Shown: positions 28,060-39,208, numbered from the stretch's first letter. The stretch is 64,000 nucleotides of DNA from Pseudomonadota bacterium (GCA_043820105.1 JBDREC010000099.1:1-64000), one strand, 5' to 3'. Translations and numbers: made by a program. The notes: generated from the sequence alone by a model not told the origin.

Positions 28060-29898
28060 TTAGGGCGTTGTAAATATTGAGCTGAATTCTGTAGGGAGAT
28101 AATTTCCATCTAAATCAGCAACATCAGTAGTAACTGTTATTATATAGCTTGCCCTTGCATCTAAGGACGTTGATGGAAGAAAAGAAAAAGTTTTTCCATT
28201 AATTTGAGTAAGCTCTACATCAACGGGAATTTGAGAGCCCCTTTTTCTAAGAATGAAACTGGAATCGATATTTCCAGATTCATAGAAAAAACTATCAGCA
28301 TCAATTGGGATATTAAACTGTATTACAATTTTACTTTCAAGAGAATCTATGGGATCACCATGAATTGGGTTTGTCATAGCAATAGATAGAGCATCATCGA
28401 CTTCTTCTTCTGGTTCTGTTACTCTTTCTGCTCGTTCCTCCCTAGGCGGAAGATCTTCTTCTGCGTCATCAATTTCTGTCTCTTCCTCCACTTCTTCCTC
28501 ATCATCTATTGCCATATCATCTCTTGCATCCTCAACTTCTATGGTTGTTGAAAATCTTATGATTTCAGCAGTATCCATTGGGTTTCCGGCTGTATCTCTT
28601 ACCATTCTAAGGACAAGGATTTGATAAGAGGCATCTGATTCTAGTTCATTAATAGGGCTTATTGTTAGTGAATTTTCAGATTCAGAATAGCTAAGCTCTA
28701 TTTCAATTGATTCAACCTCAGCTCCTTCAATTTCAGGTGTTTTATTTAACAGGATTGTAGTAGTATCAATTGTATCAGCTTGCATTGCTTCAGAAAAATA
28801 AAGAACTGGTCTGATATTAATTGATACACTTTCGGCCCCGTCTTCAATACTGGAAGATTCAATATAAGGCGCTGTAACATCTCTTGCTTCTCTATATTGA
28901 CTTGCAACTCTAATAACTGCTGGTGTGGTTGCTTCACCGACTGCTGCTTCCATGCTTATAATAACGTTTCTATATGATAGAGGAATTTCATATTGGACAT
29001 TACAGCAGGACAAACCAGAACCGCAAGTTTCAGCTTCTTCAAATGAATCACCATCATAGTATCTTTTTATTATTTCTTCGGAGCTTGTTAGATCTTGTCT
29101 ATCTGCTACAATATTTACTGATAAGGCTTCTGTGTCATAGCAGAGAGTATAGATATCTTCTAGGCAGGTTCCGGCCGCTGTACATTCTTCCAAGAGCTCA
29201 GCAAAGACAAAATTGATTGCATTATTTAGAGTAATTATCCATTTGCTATTTTCCGTATCATAGGAAATGTCTATTTCTTCATCATCACTAATAACAGCTG
29301 GCGCTTGTTCAATTGAAACACTTGCTTCTATCTCTGCTGTAGCTCCTGAAAACTCCAGGGTAGCTCCAACTTTATTGTCTATTGATATTGTGATAGAAAG
29401 ACTAAATGGGTTTTCTAATATTTGAACGTATTCGCTTGCTTCTGTGATTAGCTCTTGTCCCCCTGTTCCGGTATTATATGCAAATAACTGTGCTGTAAAA
29501 GTATAATTTCCATATGCAAGTTCACTATCAAATTCAACACTTACTTGTGAAGAGGAATCTGACCCTGTAAATTCTTCACTTTCACCAGAGGTACTTTCTC
29601 CTGTGTCAGAAAGTGCCTCCATTATTAATTGATATGAGGTTTCTTGGTCCAGTGTATAAGAAACAAGGACAGTTGCTTTTGCGTAGTTTCCAGCTGTAAT
29701 GCTGACATTATTTAGACCATCAGTTGATTCAAGGCCTGGCTCGTCTTCTCCCCAGCCATCACCCCCTTTATTGAAAGTGTTTCCACAACTTCTACCACCA
29801 ACAACACCAAATGAAAAAAGTAAAACTGTCATTATAGCGATAATTCCTAGATAGGCTTTGAAATGTTTTTTGATTAGTTGTAATTTAGACTCACTCAC
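28060..29898 (-). CDS. Acidic surface protein with two Ig-like (Big_5/SbsA-type) domains
   Basis: N-terminal TM/lipoprotein-like anchor; DVTAPYIESS..DGA..V.IN....YFSEAM...VRDTAGNPM and a second similar C-terminal domain (VADLDGNYL...F.T). Confidence 0.7.
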   Translation of the reverse strand: MSESKLQLIKKHFKAYLGIIAIMTVLLFSFGVVGGRSCGNTFNKGGDGWGEDEPGLESTDGLNNVSITAGNYAKATVLVSYTLDQETSYQLIMEALSDTGESTSGESEEFTGSDSSSQVSVEFDSELAYGNYTFTAQLFAYNTGTGGQELITEASEYVQILENPFSLSITISIDNKVGATLEFSGATAEIEASVSIEQAPAVISDDEEIDISYDTENSKWIITLNNAINFVFAELLEECTAAGTCLEDIYTLCYDTEALSVNIVADRQDLTSSEEIIKRYYDGDSFEEAETCGSGLSCCNVQYEIPLSYRNVIISMEAAVGEATTPAVIRVASQYREARDVTAPYIESSSIEDGAESVSINIRPVLYFSEAMQADTIDTTTILLNKTPEIEGAEVESIEIELSYSESENSLTISPINELESDASYQILVLRMVRDTAGNPMDTAEIIRFSTTIEVEDARDDMAIDDEEEVEEETEIDDAEEDLPPREERAERVTEPEEEVDDALSIAMTNPIHGDPIDSLESKIVIQFNIPIDADSFFYESGNIDSSFILRKRGSQIPVDVELTQINGKTFSFLPSTSLDARASYIITVTTDVADLDGNYLPTEFSSIFTTP

Positions 29899-30074
29899 TG
29901 TGGCACCCCCTCGCTCAAAATTAATAACCCTTTAAGATCAATGGGAAAATTAACCCATGATTTTTTCAACAAGAGTAAGCTGTTGAAATTATTATTGTTT
30001 TGATGTTATTATATTATAGCACATATTGATCAAAAGTTGAACCACTTTTTTGTAGTTTTTTTTAAATGTTGGAA

Positions 30075-31463
30075 TTATTTCTTTTTTTCCCAGCGTATAC
30101 CTTGAGGGGTGTCTTTTAAAATGATTCCCATATCATTTAATTTATCCCGAATTTGATCAGCCAAAGCAAAATCTTTATTAATTCTTGCATCTTGTCTTTG
30201 CTTGATAAGTTTTTCAACTTCTTCATCTAAAGAAGCTTCTTTGGGAAAGGTTATGACATCAAGAACTTGGTTTATTTTTTCTAACAGGGCGATAATTTTT
30301 TGAGCATCATTTTCTGAGGTTTTTCCAGCTATTACATCAGGATTTATTTCTTTTATAAATGTAAAAAGGCTTCCTAGGGCTCCCGAGATATTAAGGTCAT
30401 CATCTAAGAATTCTTCATATTTTTTAAGGCAGGTTTCAATTTTTATATCAAGAGTTTCTAAGCCATCACCTTTTGAGTTTTTTACATTTTCAATAAACTC
30501 ATTAATTCTAGCACATGATTTTGACGCGGCTTCTAGCTCTTCTATTCCATAGTTTAGTGGAGCCCTGTAATGAGCTGAAAGCAAGAAATATCTAATGGCA
30601 ATTGGGTCAATTCCTTTATCCATTAGATCTCTTAAATTTAAAAAATTTCCCTCTGATTTGGACATTTTTTCTTTTTTCATTGTTAGATGAGCGCTGTGCA
30701 GCCAGTAATTAACAAATTTTTTGTCATTAGCAGCTTCTGATTGAGCGATTTCATTTTCATGATGAGGAAAGATATTGTCAACTCCACCAGTATGAATATC
30801 AAAGCTTTCACCAAGATATTTTTGGCTCATGGCTGAGCATTCAATATGCCAACCTGGTCTTCCTTCTCCAAAGGGAGATTTCCAAAAAGGTTCGGCTTCT
30901 TTTTTCTTTTTCCATAAAACAAAGTCTCTTGCATCATCTTTTTCATATTCATCAGCATCATATCTGGAGCCTGTTTTAGTTTTTTCAATATCAATGTGAG
31001 AAAGCTTGCCATATTCTTTAAACTTTGAAATTGTGAAATAAACTGAGCCATCTGACTCATAGGTAAAACCTTTTTCTTTTAGTTTTAAAATGATATTAAT
31101 CATTTCTTGAATATGATCTGTTGCCAGAGGGTAATGCTCAGCCCTTTCAATTTTTAAAGTATCAAGATCTTCAAAAAAAGCTTTGGTGTATTTTTTGGTA
31201 AATTCTTTTAAAGAAACACCTTCTTTTTTTGATTCTCTAATTGTTTTATCTTCAACATCAGTAATGTTCATTACTTGAATTACTTTATATCCTTTATATT
31301 TTAAGTATCTTCTTAAAATATCTTCAAACATAAAGGTTCTTAAATTACCAATATGTGCAAAATTGTAAACAGTGGGACCGCAGGTGTACATTTTAACAAT
31401 TCCAGGTTCAATTTCTTTAAATTCATCAAGTTTTAATGTGAGTGTATTATAAAACTTTAGCAT
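30075..31463 (-). CDS. cysS: Cysteine-tRNA ligase
   Basis: [48 protein letters not shown]. Confidence 0.98.
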   Translation of the reverse strand: MLKFYNTLTLKLDEFKEIEPGIVKMYTCGPTVYNFAHIGNLRTFMFEDILRRYLKYKGYKVIQVMNITDVEDKTIRESKKEGVSLKEFTKKYTKAFFEDLDTLKIERAEHYPLATDHIQEMINIILKLKEKGFTYESDGSVYFTISKFKEYGKLSHIDIEKTKTGSRYDADEYEKDDARDFVLWKKKKEAEPFWKSPFGEGRPGWHIECSAMSQKYLGESFDIHTGGVDNIFPHHENEIAQSEAANDKKFVNYWLHSAHLTMKKEKMSKSEGNFLNLRDLMDKGIDPIAIRYFLLSAHYRAPLNYGIEELEAASKSCARINEFIENVKNSKGDGLETLDIKIETCLKKYEEFLDDDLNISGALGSLFTFIKEINPDVIAGKTSENDAQKIIALLEKINQVLDVITFPKEASLDEEVEKLIKQRQDARINKDFALADQIRDKLNDMGIILKDTPQGIRWEKKK

Positions 31464-31478
31464 TTTTGTTCTCCATTT

Positions 31479-31507
31479 TTGACTAATTTCATCTATGATG
31501 GTATAAT
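31479..31507 (+). promoter_or_regulatory. sigma70 promoter TTGACT-N17-TATAAT with extended -10
   Basis: Near-consensus promoter upstream of the 31537 gene, divergent from cysS. Confidence 0.7.
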
Positions 31508-31536
31508 TATTAAATAAAAAGAATCAAGGGATATTT

Positions 31537-32133
31537 ATGTCTGATAATAGCAAAATAATAAAGACTGATTTAATGGACTTTTTTAAAGAAGAGCTAGAAA
31601 AGGAGCTCGAAAAACAGAAGCTGGTAGTAATGGAGAATACTATCTTCTACGTAATGAATGTTTTGTATGAATTTTTTAAAACAGAAAAGCTATTAAACGA
31701 AAAGGGGCTTGGAATTTCTGAAAAACCATTGGTTTTCTTAATGGCAGAAGCAATGAAGGCTGCTTTAACAAAAAGAATAGAGATTTTAAAAAGCATTGGA
31801 GATAATACTTTGTATATTACAGGTTTTTTCCCTGAAAGTATTGATAGTTCTTTGAATGATAAAAAGTATTTTATTGAAATGGGTGAAGCTGCTTATGGAA
31901 GTTTGGCAAGTATTATGGATAGCTACCACAATGATTCAGAGATGGAAAAAGTTTTTAATGAATTATCTTCAAAGTTTTCTAAGTTGGTCGATGTTATTAC
32001 GGGTATAAGTGATAAGACAAAGTTAAAAAATGATAAAGGTATTATCGAAATTTATTCAAAATGGTTAAAAACAGGCAATCAGCGAGCCAAAATTTTATTA
32101 AAGAAAAAAGGAATTAACTTACAAGAAGAATAA
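31537..32133 (+). CDS. Conserved hypothetical all-alpha protein
   Basis: 198 aa; GDNTLYITGFF...YFIEMGEAAY pattern that I recall from conserved proteobacterial hypotheticals. Confidence 0.6.
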   Translation: MSDNSKIIKTDLMDFFKEELEKELEKQKLVVMENTIFYVMNVLYEFFKTEKLLNEKGLGISEKPLVFLMAEAMKAALTKRIEILKSIGDNTLYITGFFPESIDSSLNDKKYFIEMGEAAYGSLASIMDSYHNDSEMEKVFNELSSKFSKLVDVITGISDKTKLKNDKGIIEIYSKWLKTGNQRAKILLKKKGINLQEE

Positions 32134-32134
32134 A

Positions 32135-32971
32135 TCAGACGACCTTAGCTTTAGTTTTTATATCAAAGATATTTTTTTTTATATCCAACATTTCTTTTAT
32201 CCAAATTGATAGACCTGAGTTTAAAGATGGAATCCAGAAATCAGAGTTTATTATCATAAAAATGTCTAATAAGCAATTGAGAGTTTGTTGTTTTTTTGAA
32301 CTAGAGTTGTAGTGAATATTTTTTTTATTGAAATTACCTGGCTTTGTATATTGTATCAAATTAATATTTTGTAATCTTGATTGAATTTGATCAAAGGCAA
32401 AGCAGTCATCACTGGCTAAATACACATTAAAGATTTTATGAGTTTTGGTATTTATTTTTATTTTTTCAATAAAGGTGCTTATATCATTTTGAATGTCAGT
32501 ATTTCTAAAATGAAGTGATAAGTATTTTTCTTTAATTTTTTTAGGCTCAAAGGACTTTTTAATTGAATCAAGGACTTTTATATTGGGATTAATATAGTAT
32601 TTTTGCCACAAAAAAATATGGCCTCCAAAAACAGAGATGGGATCTTTTTTATTTATGTTTTTACTTACTTTAATATTGTTTAGAAAATAATTTCTATCTG
32701 AGTATTTTAAGCTTAGATCTTTTAGCTCATTGATGGTAATCTTACTAAAAACTAATTCGCTTGGTATTAAATCATAATTGCAACTATAAGATAATCTTTT
32801 ATCGTTTATAAAAAAATAATTATTAAAGAGATCTGCAAAGGCTTTATTGCATTTTGAATCAATTATTAAATGCAGGTTGTTTTTTTTTGCAAGGTATAAG
32901 GCCTGTGATAAGGATCTACACATGTGGGTTAGTCCACCAGAACCTTTAAATACTAGAAAATTTTTATTCAT
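32135..32971 (-). CDS. NodZ/GT23-like fucosyltransferase-fold glycosyltransferase
   Basis: N-terminal KGSGGL, LSLHFRNTD (HxRxxD), VYLASD, LLDIF...SGLS; ATG at 32971 just after the GH57 stop. Confidence 0.65.
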   Translation of the reverse strand: MNKNFLVFKGSGGLTHMCRSLSQALYLAKKNNLHLIIDSKCNKAFADLFNNYFFINDKRLSYSCNYDLIPSELVFSKITINELKDLSLKYSDRNYFLNNIKVSKNINKKDPISVFGGHIFLWQKYYINPNIKVLDSIKKSFEPKKIKEKYLSLHFRNTDIQNDISTFIEKIKINTKTHKIFNVYLASDDCFAFDQIQSRLQNINLIQYTKPGNFNKKNIHYNSSSKKQQTLNCLLDIFMIINSDFWIPSLNSGLSIWIKEMLDIKKNIFDIKTKAKVV

Positions 32972-32976
32972 TTTTG

Positions 32977-34581
32977 TTAGCTGCAATAAGATCTGAAATT
33001 TATTTCAGGAAAAATATTATCTTTATATTCAATATCACTAAGCCATTGTTCATTTAAACTTCCATATTTTAAATCTTCATATATTTGATTAAATCTAAGA
33101 ATATGGTCCTTGGTTCTTTTAACAGCGTATTCAACCATTGATCCTGTTTTCATAATAAAAGCCCAATCACTCGATTGAGCAAGCAAAACTTCACGGGCTG
33201 CTTGATTGAGGCTCCTTGTTACTAAGGGATCATTTGTTTCTTTATATTGGTTAGCAATTTCAACCATTCGCTTTGAAATTTTGTGCAAGTGCCTGTAAAC
33301 CCAGTCATTGCTGCCATTTAGCCAGTATTCATTATAACCCTTATATCCCCAGCTTGATGCATTTGGTTTAACAAGCTGGTTTATTTCATATTCCTGTAGA
33401 TAATCAATAGGTGAAATTAATTTTATTGTATTTTGGTCAAAGGCAATTTTTCTTATTAAGTAATTTAAGAATGAAGGCCCTTCATACCACCAGTGACCAA
33501 ATAATTCTGCATCATAAGGAGAAATAATGATAGGCTTTCTGTCCATCAATGAACATAGGCTTTCAATTTGTTTTTCTCTGTTAAACATGAAATTGCCAGC
33601 ATGACTTGCTGTCATTTCGTGTGCTATATCTGGATTGTATGGAAGTTTGTTATCTGTTTTGCCTGTTATTTTGTAGTATTTAAAGCCTGTATGAACCCTT
33701 ACACCATCACCGTTTATATAGGGTTTAATATAATCATATTCTAAATCAAAACCAATATCTCTATAAAAATCTCGATAATTTATATCACCAGGATAACCTT
33801 CATTAGCGCTCCATACTTGCTTTGAGGATTCGGTATCTCTTCCAAAGGCTGCTACGCCATTTGAAGTATAGACTGGAGCGAAGACTCCATATTTAGGCCT
33901 AGGATTTGCATATTGCACACCATGGGTATCCATGATGAAAAATTTTATTCCAGCGTCTTTTAGATATTTATCAACCAAAGGAGTATAACCACATTCAGCC
34001 AACCAAATACCGTTTGGTCTTTTGCCAAAAATTCTTTCATAGCTATTTGCTGCAACATCAATTTGTGCTTTTATTGCATCTTTGTTTTCTATCATTAAGG
34101 GCAAGAAACCATGAGTCGCGCAGCAAGTTATTATTTCTAAAACTCCTAAGTCTTGAAATTTTTTAAAAGCAAAGGTTAAATTGTTAAAATATTTTTTTTC
34201 AAAGACTTCTTTGCAGTTTTGTAATTTGTTAAAGTACATTTGGGCAAGACGGAAAAAATCATCTAAGCCCTTGGTTCTTTTTAGCTCTTTATCAGCAAGC
34301 TCAAGCATTAGGTTTAAGTGTTTTAAATACTTGCTCTGTAAAAGTTCATCATTAAGCATTGAAGCAAGAGGCGGTGTAACTGACATTGTTAATCTAAAGG
34401 GCACATTATCTTTAACAAGCCCATCCATCATATTTAAAAGAGGGATGTAGGTTTCAGTAATAGCTTCAAATAGCCACCCTTCTTCTAGAAATGTTTCATA
34501 TTCCGGGTGTCTTACAAATGGCAGGTGAGCGTGTAGTATAAGTGATAAAAAACCTTTTTCATTCATTTTGATTTTCTCCAA
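32977..34581 (-). CDS. GH57 1,4-alpha-glucan branching enzyme (DUF1957)
   Basis: LHAHLPFV, EAITETYIPL, ATHGFLP, GIWLAECGY, PYDAELFGHWWYEG, AQSSDWAF. Confidence 0.93.
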   Translation of the reverse strand: MEKIKMNEKGFLSLILHAHLPFVRHPEYETFLEEGWLFEAITETYIPLLNMMDGLVKDNVPFRLTMSVTPPLASMLNDELLQSKYLKHLNLMLELADKELKRTKGLDDFFRLAQMYFNKLQNCKEVFEKKYFNNLTFAFKKFQDLGVLEIITCCATHGFLPLMIENKDAIKAQIDVAANSYERIFGKRPNGIWLAECGYTPLVDKYLKDAGIKFFIMDTHGVQYANPRPKYGVFAPVYTSNGVAAFGRDTESSKQVWSANEGYPGDINYRDFYRDIGFDLEYDYIKPYINGDGVRVHTGFKYYKITGKTDNKLPYNPDIAHEMTASHAGNFMFNREKQIESLCSLMDRKPIIISPYDAELFGHWWYEGPSFLNYLIRKIAFDQNTIKLISPIDYLQEYEINQLVKPNASSWGYKGYNEYWLNGSNDWVYRHLHKISKRMVEIANQYKETNDPLVTRSLNQAAREVLLAQSSDWAFIMKTGSMVEYAVKRTKDHILRFNQIYEDLKYGSLNEQWLSDIEYKDNIFPEINFRSYCS

Positions 34582-34583
34582 TA

Positions 34584-35561
34584 TTATCTTTGCAGGGAAT
34601 TTGATGATAGTTGACTAGATGAAATATTTCTTCTTACACTTTGTTTAAGAATTTCAGAAAGCTTTTCAAGTGATTCTGGATTACCATTAAAATTAGGATC
34701 CTTTGAAATTTCTTCCCACTTATCATCAAGTTCTTTTGGTGAAACCCAAATCTGCTTTATGTTGTTTGATACATCTTCAGCTGGTGAGAAAATAGTGTTT
34801 GATACTATTATTGGGTAAAAAGTAGAAGAGGTTTTAATACCAATTTCTGCCCTATATGAAGTTTGAGTTTTTTCAATATTAGCATACCAGCTTGAAAGAT
34901 GGTTGTTAATTTCAATATCTCTAACTAAACTAAGGACATCTGAGCCTGAATTGTTTTTATTAACTTCATAAAGTCTTAGTAATAGTTTATGCTTTGAATC
35001 TTTCGCTTGTTTTTTAACACAGTCAAATGATTTTTTAGTTAGCTCCCAGTAGGCAAAAATCCATTTTGGATCAACTGGTAATATTGCCAATGAATCTTCT
35101 AAATAAGTTTTTGGGACATCTGTTGGAAGCTTTTTTTCGGCTTCACATACAATTTTTGTTTTAGTGAATTTTGATTGCTCAACTTCTTTTTTTGAGCTTT
35201 CATGATCTGTCTCTTTTTTTATATTTGTGTTTCCTAAAACAGTCTCTAAAATTCCAGTACCTGCTATAATGTCTTGTTTATCTCTTTTAAAAGAAGCTTT
35301 CCTTTTCTTTTTCAAAGAAATATTTTTGTTTTTTTCTTTTATTAAAACCATTTTTTGAGCTACTTTTTTTGCCTTAACTAATTCTTTATCTTTTAATAAT
35401 GCAGTTAAAGTAGTTGTTTTTTTAGTTTGTTTTTTGCTTTCTTTTACTATGAAGCTAATCATATCTTCTTTTTTCATTCTCATTGTTAATGGGACGTCTA
35501 ACTTTCTGCCCATATCTAATAGTTCTAGTTTTTTGTATTTTACTAAATCACTTTTCTTCAT
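34584..35561 (-). CDS. DUF4912 protein with Rho-N-like N-terminus
   Basis: LPVDPKWIFAYWE...LLLRLY...SWY...YRAEIG...SN; usual partner of GH57 branching enzymes. Confidence 0.8.
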   Translation of the reverse strand: MKKSDLVKYKKLELLDMGRKLDVPLTMRMKKEDMISFIVKESKKQTKKTTTLTALLKDKELVKAKKVAQKMVLIKEKNKNISLKKKRKASFKRDKQDIIAGTGILETVLGNTNIKKETDHESSKKEVEQSKFTKTKIVCEAEKKLPTDVPKTYLEDSLAILPVDPKWIFAYWELTKKSFDCVKKQAKDSKHKLLLRLYEVNKNNSGSDVLSLVRDIEINNHLSSWYANIEKTQTSYRAEIGIKTSSTFYPIIVSNTIFSPAEDVSNNIKQIWVSPKELDDKWEEISKDPNFNGNPESLEKLSEILKQSVRRNISSSQLSSNSLQR

Positions 35562-35731
35562 ATTTTACTCCAAATTCTATGCATAAAATAAAAATGCAAA
35601 TATCATATCTAATCTTTGGGCCTTTTATATTATGGCTTTGTGTTTGTCAAACCCTACTTTTATTTTATATAAAATTGACATTCTTCCTTAATTGGTTTGT
35701 AAAATAAAAAAAACAAGCATAGAATTGATTT

Positions 35732-37282
35732 ATGAATATAAAAAAAACAAGAAGCATTGAGAAAAAGGTTTATAATAACAACTCCTTAACGATTGCTGAA
35801 CATCTGGCTTTTATGTCTGCAGAAGAGTCTGTGTACCAGGAAGACTATGAAAAATCACTAAAAAAAACATATAATTGTCTTGATTTAAAGGCATTTAAAA
35901 ATGAGCTTAAAAAAGCAGATGTTGTATTAATTGGAGATTATCGACCATTTATAGACTCTAAAAACTTTTTTATGGATCTTGCTTTAGATTTAAATAAAAA
36001 AGATAAAAGAAAAACTTTTGCAGCCTTAGATTGGTATGCAAGTTCTAAGCAAGCTATAATGGATGAATTCTTAAGTTCAAAAAAAGAAAACGAAGATTTA
36101 ATTAATAAGTTGTACAACGACAGAAAATGGAATCTTAAATTTAAAGATTTTTACGTGCCTGTTCTAAGTAGTTTTAAAAAGGCAAAAATACCTATTTTTT
36201 GTATCGATAAAACCTCCTATTGCAAACCAGAAACAAGGGACGAGTTTTCTGCTGCAAAACTTGTTAATATTATTAAAGCAAATCCAAAATCCAGAGCAAT
36301 TGTTTCTTTGGGGGACAATCGTTTATCAGCCAAACATTTTCCACAGAGTCTTAAAAGCTTAATACCAGAATTGAATATTATGCTTGTACATTTAAATATA
36401 GGCGCTATTTATTTTAAGGAAATTAATAATGGACAAATTTCAAAATTACCTGCTTTTTACCAACTAAATAAGAATGAATACTGTGCGTTAACTTCTTCCC
36501 CCGTCTATTTACAACAGTCATTTTTAAATACTTTTAATGAGGACTATGATTTTTCAGTTTGTGAATCTGTTAAAGTAACTGCATTTACGAATATTGATTT
36601 TATATGCAAATTTTTGGGGCTTTCTAGTGAAAAATATAAAAAGCTAAAGGTTGCTTCTTGGGATAATATTCATCTTGATAAAAAGCTTTATAACAAAGAA
36701 TTTAAAAGCAATGAAGAAAAAGCTATTTTTGAACATGCTCAGCATAGTGAAAGTTTTTGTTTGCCCCAACAAAACTTCATTTTTATTGCTAATAGATTTA
36801 AAAGTCATATAGCTGAAGAAGTATGTCATTACATAAAAAATGATTTAGATGGAGCCAATTTAATTAAAAATGAAATGGAATATTTTTATTATATGACCAT
36901 GCATGAAGCTCTTGGCTTTTTGGGATCAAAATTGATTTATCCAAAAAGAAAAATCCAATCTTTAAAGGTATTGAAAGAAGAGGCTCAATATGATGAGATC
37001 TATTGTAAAATTTATACAAATATAATGCTTCATAAGCGCCTTGAAAAAAGTGAAGATTTTGAGAAATATAGTTCAATTTATTTTTCTGATCCAATAGCTT
37101 TTTCTGGCACTGTTCATTATCTTGGATATCTACTTGGTCAAGCATTGTTTGAGATGTATGAGCAAAAGAAAATTAATAAAGGGTTTATTAAAAAATTATT
37201 TTTCAGTGATTTCGCCTTATCTGATGAAGCTAGAAATATTTATTTTGATTTAGTAGAAATAATAAGACAAGCAAAGGGTTAG
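35732..37282 (+). CDS. ChaN/EreA-like fold protein
   Basis: ADVVLIGDY...ALDW...RDEFSA...SLGDNRL..KH; C-terminal EEVCH...HEALGFLGSKLI. Confidence 0.55.
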   Translation: MNIKKTRSIEKKVYNNNSLTIAEHLAFMSAEESVYQEDYEKSLKKTYNCLDLKAFKNELKKADVVLIGDYRPFIDSKNFFMDLALDLNKKDKRKTFAALDWYASSKQAIMDEFLSSKKENEDLINKLYNDRKWNLKFKDFYVPVLSSFKKAKIPIFCIDKTSYCKPETRDEFSAAKLVNIIKANPKSRAIVSLGDNRLSAKHFPQSLKSLIPELNIMLVHLNIGAIYFKEINNGQISKLPAFYQLNKNEYCALTSSPVYLQQSFLNTFNEDYDFSVCESVKVTAFTNIDFICKFLGLSSEKYKKLKVASWDNIHLDKKLYNKEFKSNEEKAIFEHAQHSESFCLPQQNFIFIANRFKSHIAEEVCHYIKNDLDGANLIKNEMEYFYYMTMHEALGFLGSKLIYPKRKIQSLKVLKEEAQYDEIYCKIYTNIMLHKRLEKSEDFEKYSSIYFSDPIAFSGTVHYLGYLLGQALFEMYEQKKINKGFIKKLFFSDFALSDEARNIYFDLVEIIRQAKG

Positions 37283-37285
37283 TTT

Positions 37286-37825
37286 ATGAAGATAAAAATT
37301 ATTTACATAATTTTAATTTCAATTTTAATCTTATTTACTGCAAATATATCTTACGCTCAATTTTCATTAGGTCTTGAGACTGGAGCGAATATGCCCATTG
37401 AGAAAGATGATAGTACAACTTCTGCAAAAAGATATGATTGGTCTTATTACCTTAGCCCTGTAATCGAAATTCCAATTTTTTCTTTTGCCTATACAGTTAG
37501 CCTGTTTCCAATATATCCCACAATAGATGTGCATACTTTTGATTTTGCTGTTAGACAGGAGTTTGGCAATCATGGTTTGCGTCCATATTTTAAGGGTGGC
37601 GCGGGCTATGCCTTGTTTAACACAGAAAACAAGTATCTTTCAGGAGGACACTTGTTTGGTTATTTTGGAATAAATTATGTAATAGAAAAATATAAGTTAG
37701 CGATTGGACCTGCTGTTAAATATAATCTGATAATGTACAATGCTGATGAAACATTTCAAACAGGTGAAAGCTTTGCCATGTATCAATACATTAGTTTTCT
37801 TGTTTTTTTTGCTTATGTGTTTTGA
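37286..37825 (+). CDS. Outer-membrane beta-barrel protein
   Basis: Signal peptide, LRPYFKGGAGYA, C-terminal YVF. Confidence 0.7.
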   Translation: MKIKIIYIILISILILFTANISYAQFSLGLETGANMPIEKDDSTTSAKRYDWSYYLSPVIEIPIFSFAYTVSLFPIYPTIDVHTFDFAVRQEFGNHGLRPYFKGGAGYALFNTENKYLSGGHLFGYFGINYVIEKYKLAIGPAVKYNLIMYNADETFQTGESFAMYQYISFLVFFAYVF

Positions 37826-37826
37826 A

Positions 37827-37859
37827 TAAGTGGTAAGTGGTAAGCAGTAAGTGGTAAGT
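37827..37859. repeat. Heptamer array (TAAGTGG)n
   Basis: taagtgg taagtgg taagcag taagtgg taagt. Confidence 0.85.
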
Positions 37860-37873
37860 ATTAAGAGGTAAAA

Positions 37874-39205
37874 ATGAATTCTCATACTCAGTCTGATTTA
37901 TTTGATTCGAATCATGCTGGAATTCCATTTGCAGAGCGTGTGCGCCCTAAGAAAATTGAGGAGTTTATTGGACAGGATAAGATTCTTGGAGATGGAAAGC
38001 CTCTGAAGCAGTTAATTTTAGAAGATAAAATATCATCTCTTATTTTTTGGGGACCTCCTGGTTGCGGAAAAACCACTCTTGCAAGGATCATTGCAAACCT
38101 TACAAGAAGTAATTTTATAAGCATCAGTGCAATATTGACAGGTATTAAAGAAGCTAAATTGATAATGGATGAAGCCCGTCGAAATCGTCAAGAGTTTTCC
38201 CAAAAAACAATTCTATTTATAGACGAAATTCATAGATTTAATAAAGCGCAGCAAGATGCTTTTTTGCCACATGTGGAAAAGGGCAATATTATTTTGATTG
38301 GCGCTACTACTGAAAACCCGTCTTTTGAGGTGATCTCACCACTTTTATCTAGATCTCGAGTTATAGTTTTTGAAAAGCTTCAAAATGAAAATATAATTAC
38401 AATATTAAAAAACGCCATTAGTCGTGATTTCAATTTAAAGACATTTGAACAAAAGATTAATGATTCTGCCTTTACGTTTATTGCGAATTATTGTAATGGC
38501 GATGCAAGAGTTGCTCTTAATATTTTGGAGCAAGCAATATCGCTTTGCAAAGATGGAGAAACTCCTAGCTCTGGGCTTATCAAAGATATGCTATCTCGTT
38601 CAAATTTGTATTATGATAAAAATGGTGAAGAACATTATAATATTATTTCAGCTCTTCACAAAAGCATGAGAAATAGTGATATTAATGCAGCTATTTATTG
38701 GCTAACCAGAATGCTTGAATCTGGTGAAGATCCCCTTTATACAGCCAGGAGAATGATTCGGTTTGCTGTTGAAGATGTTGGCCTTGCTGATCCTAATGCT
38801 CTTAAACTAGCTGTTGCTGCAAAAGACGCCTATCATTTCTTAGGTTCCCCAGAGGGAGAGCTTGCACTTGTGGAGCTCGCTATTTATTTAGCTGCAGCAC
38901 CTAAAAGTAATTCAGCCTATGTTGCCTATAAACAAGTGAAAAAAGATATAAAAAATGGGCATATTTATGATGTTCCATTGCATTTACGAAATGCACCAAC
39001 AGAACTTATGAAAGAAGTTGGCTATGGCAAAGGTTATAGATATTATCATGATGATAAAAACGCCATCCATGAAATGGATTGTTTGCCAGAAGAATTGATT
39101 GGAAGAAAGTATTACAAGCCTAGCGATGCAGGTGTAGAAGCTAGGTTGAAAGTCAGAGAACAAGAACTCAATGGAAGAACAGGGGAACAAGAGAAGAAGG
39201 AGTAA
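37874..39205 (+). CDS. rarA: Replication-associated recombination protein A (RarA/MgsA)
   Basis: PFAERVRP, WGPPGCGKTT, FIDEIHRFNKAQQD, GATTENPSF, ISALHKSMR, EDVGLADP, HLRNAPT. Confidence 0.96.
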   Translation: MNSHTQSDLFDSNHAGIPFAERVRPKKIEEFIGQDKILGDGKPLKQLILEDKISSLIFWGPPGCGKTTLARIIANLTRSNFISISAILTGIKEAKLIMDEARRNRQEFSQKTILFIDEIHRFNKAQQDAFLPHVEKGNIILIGATTENPSFEVISPLLSRSRVIVFEKLQNENIITILKNAISRDFNLKTFEQKINDSAFTFIANYCNGDARVALNILEQAISLCKDGETPSSGLIKDMLSRSNLYYDKNGEEHYNIISALHKSMRNSDINAAIYWLTRMLESGEDPLYTARRMIRFAVEDVGLADPNALKLAVAAKDAYHFLGSPEGELALVELAIYLAAAPKSNSAYVAYKQVKKDIKNGHIYDVPLHLRNAPTELMKEVGYGKGYRYYHDDKNAIHEMDCLPEELIGRKYYKPSDAGVEARLKVREQELNGRTGEQEKKE

Positions 39206-39208
39206 GGT

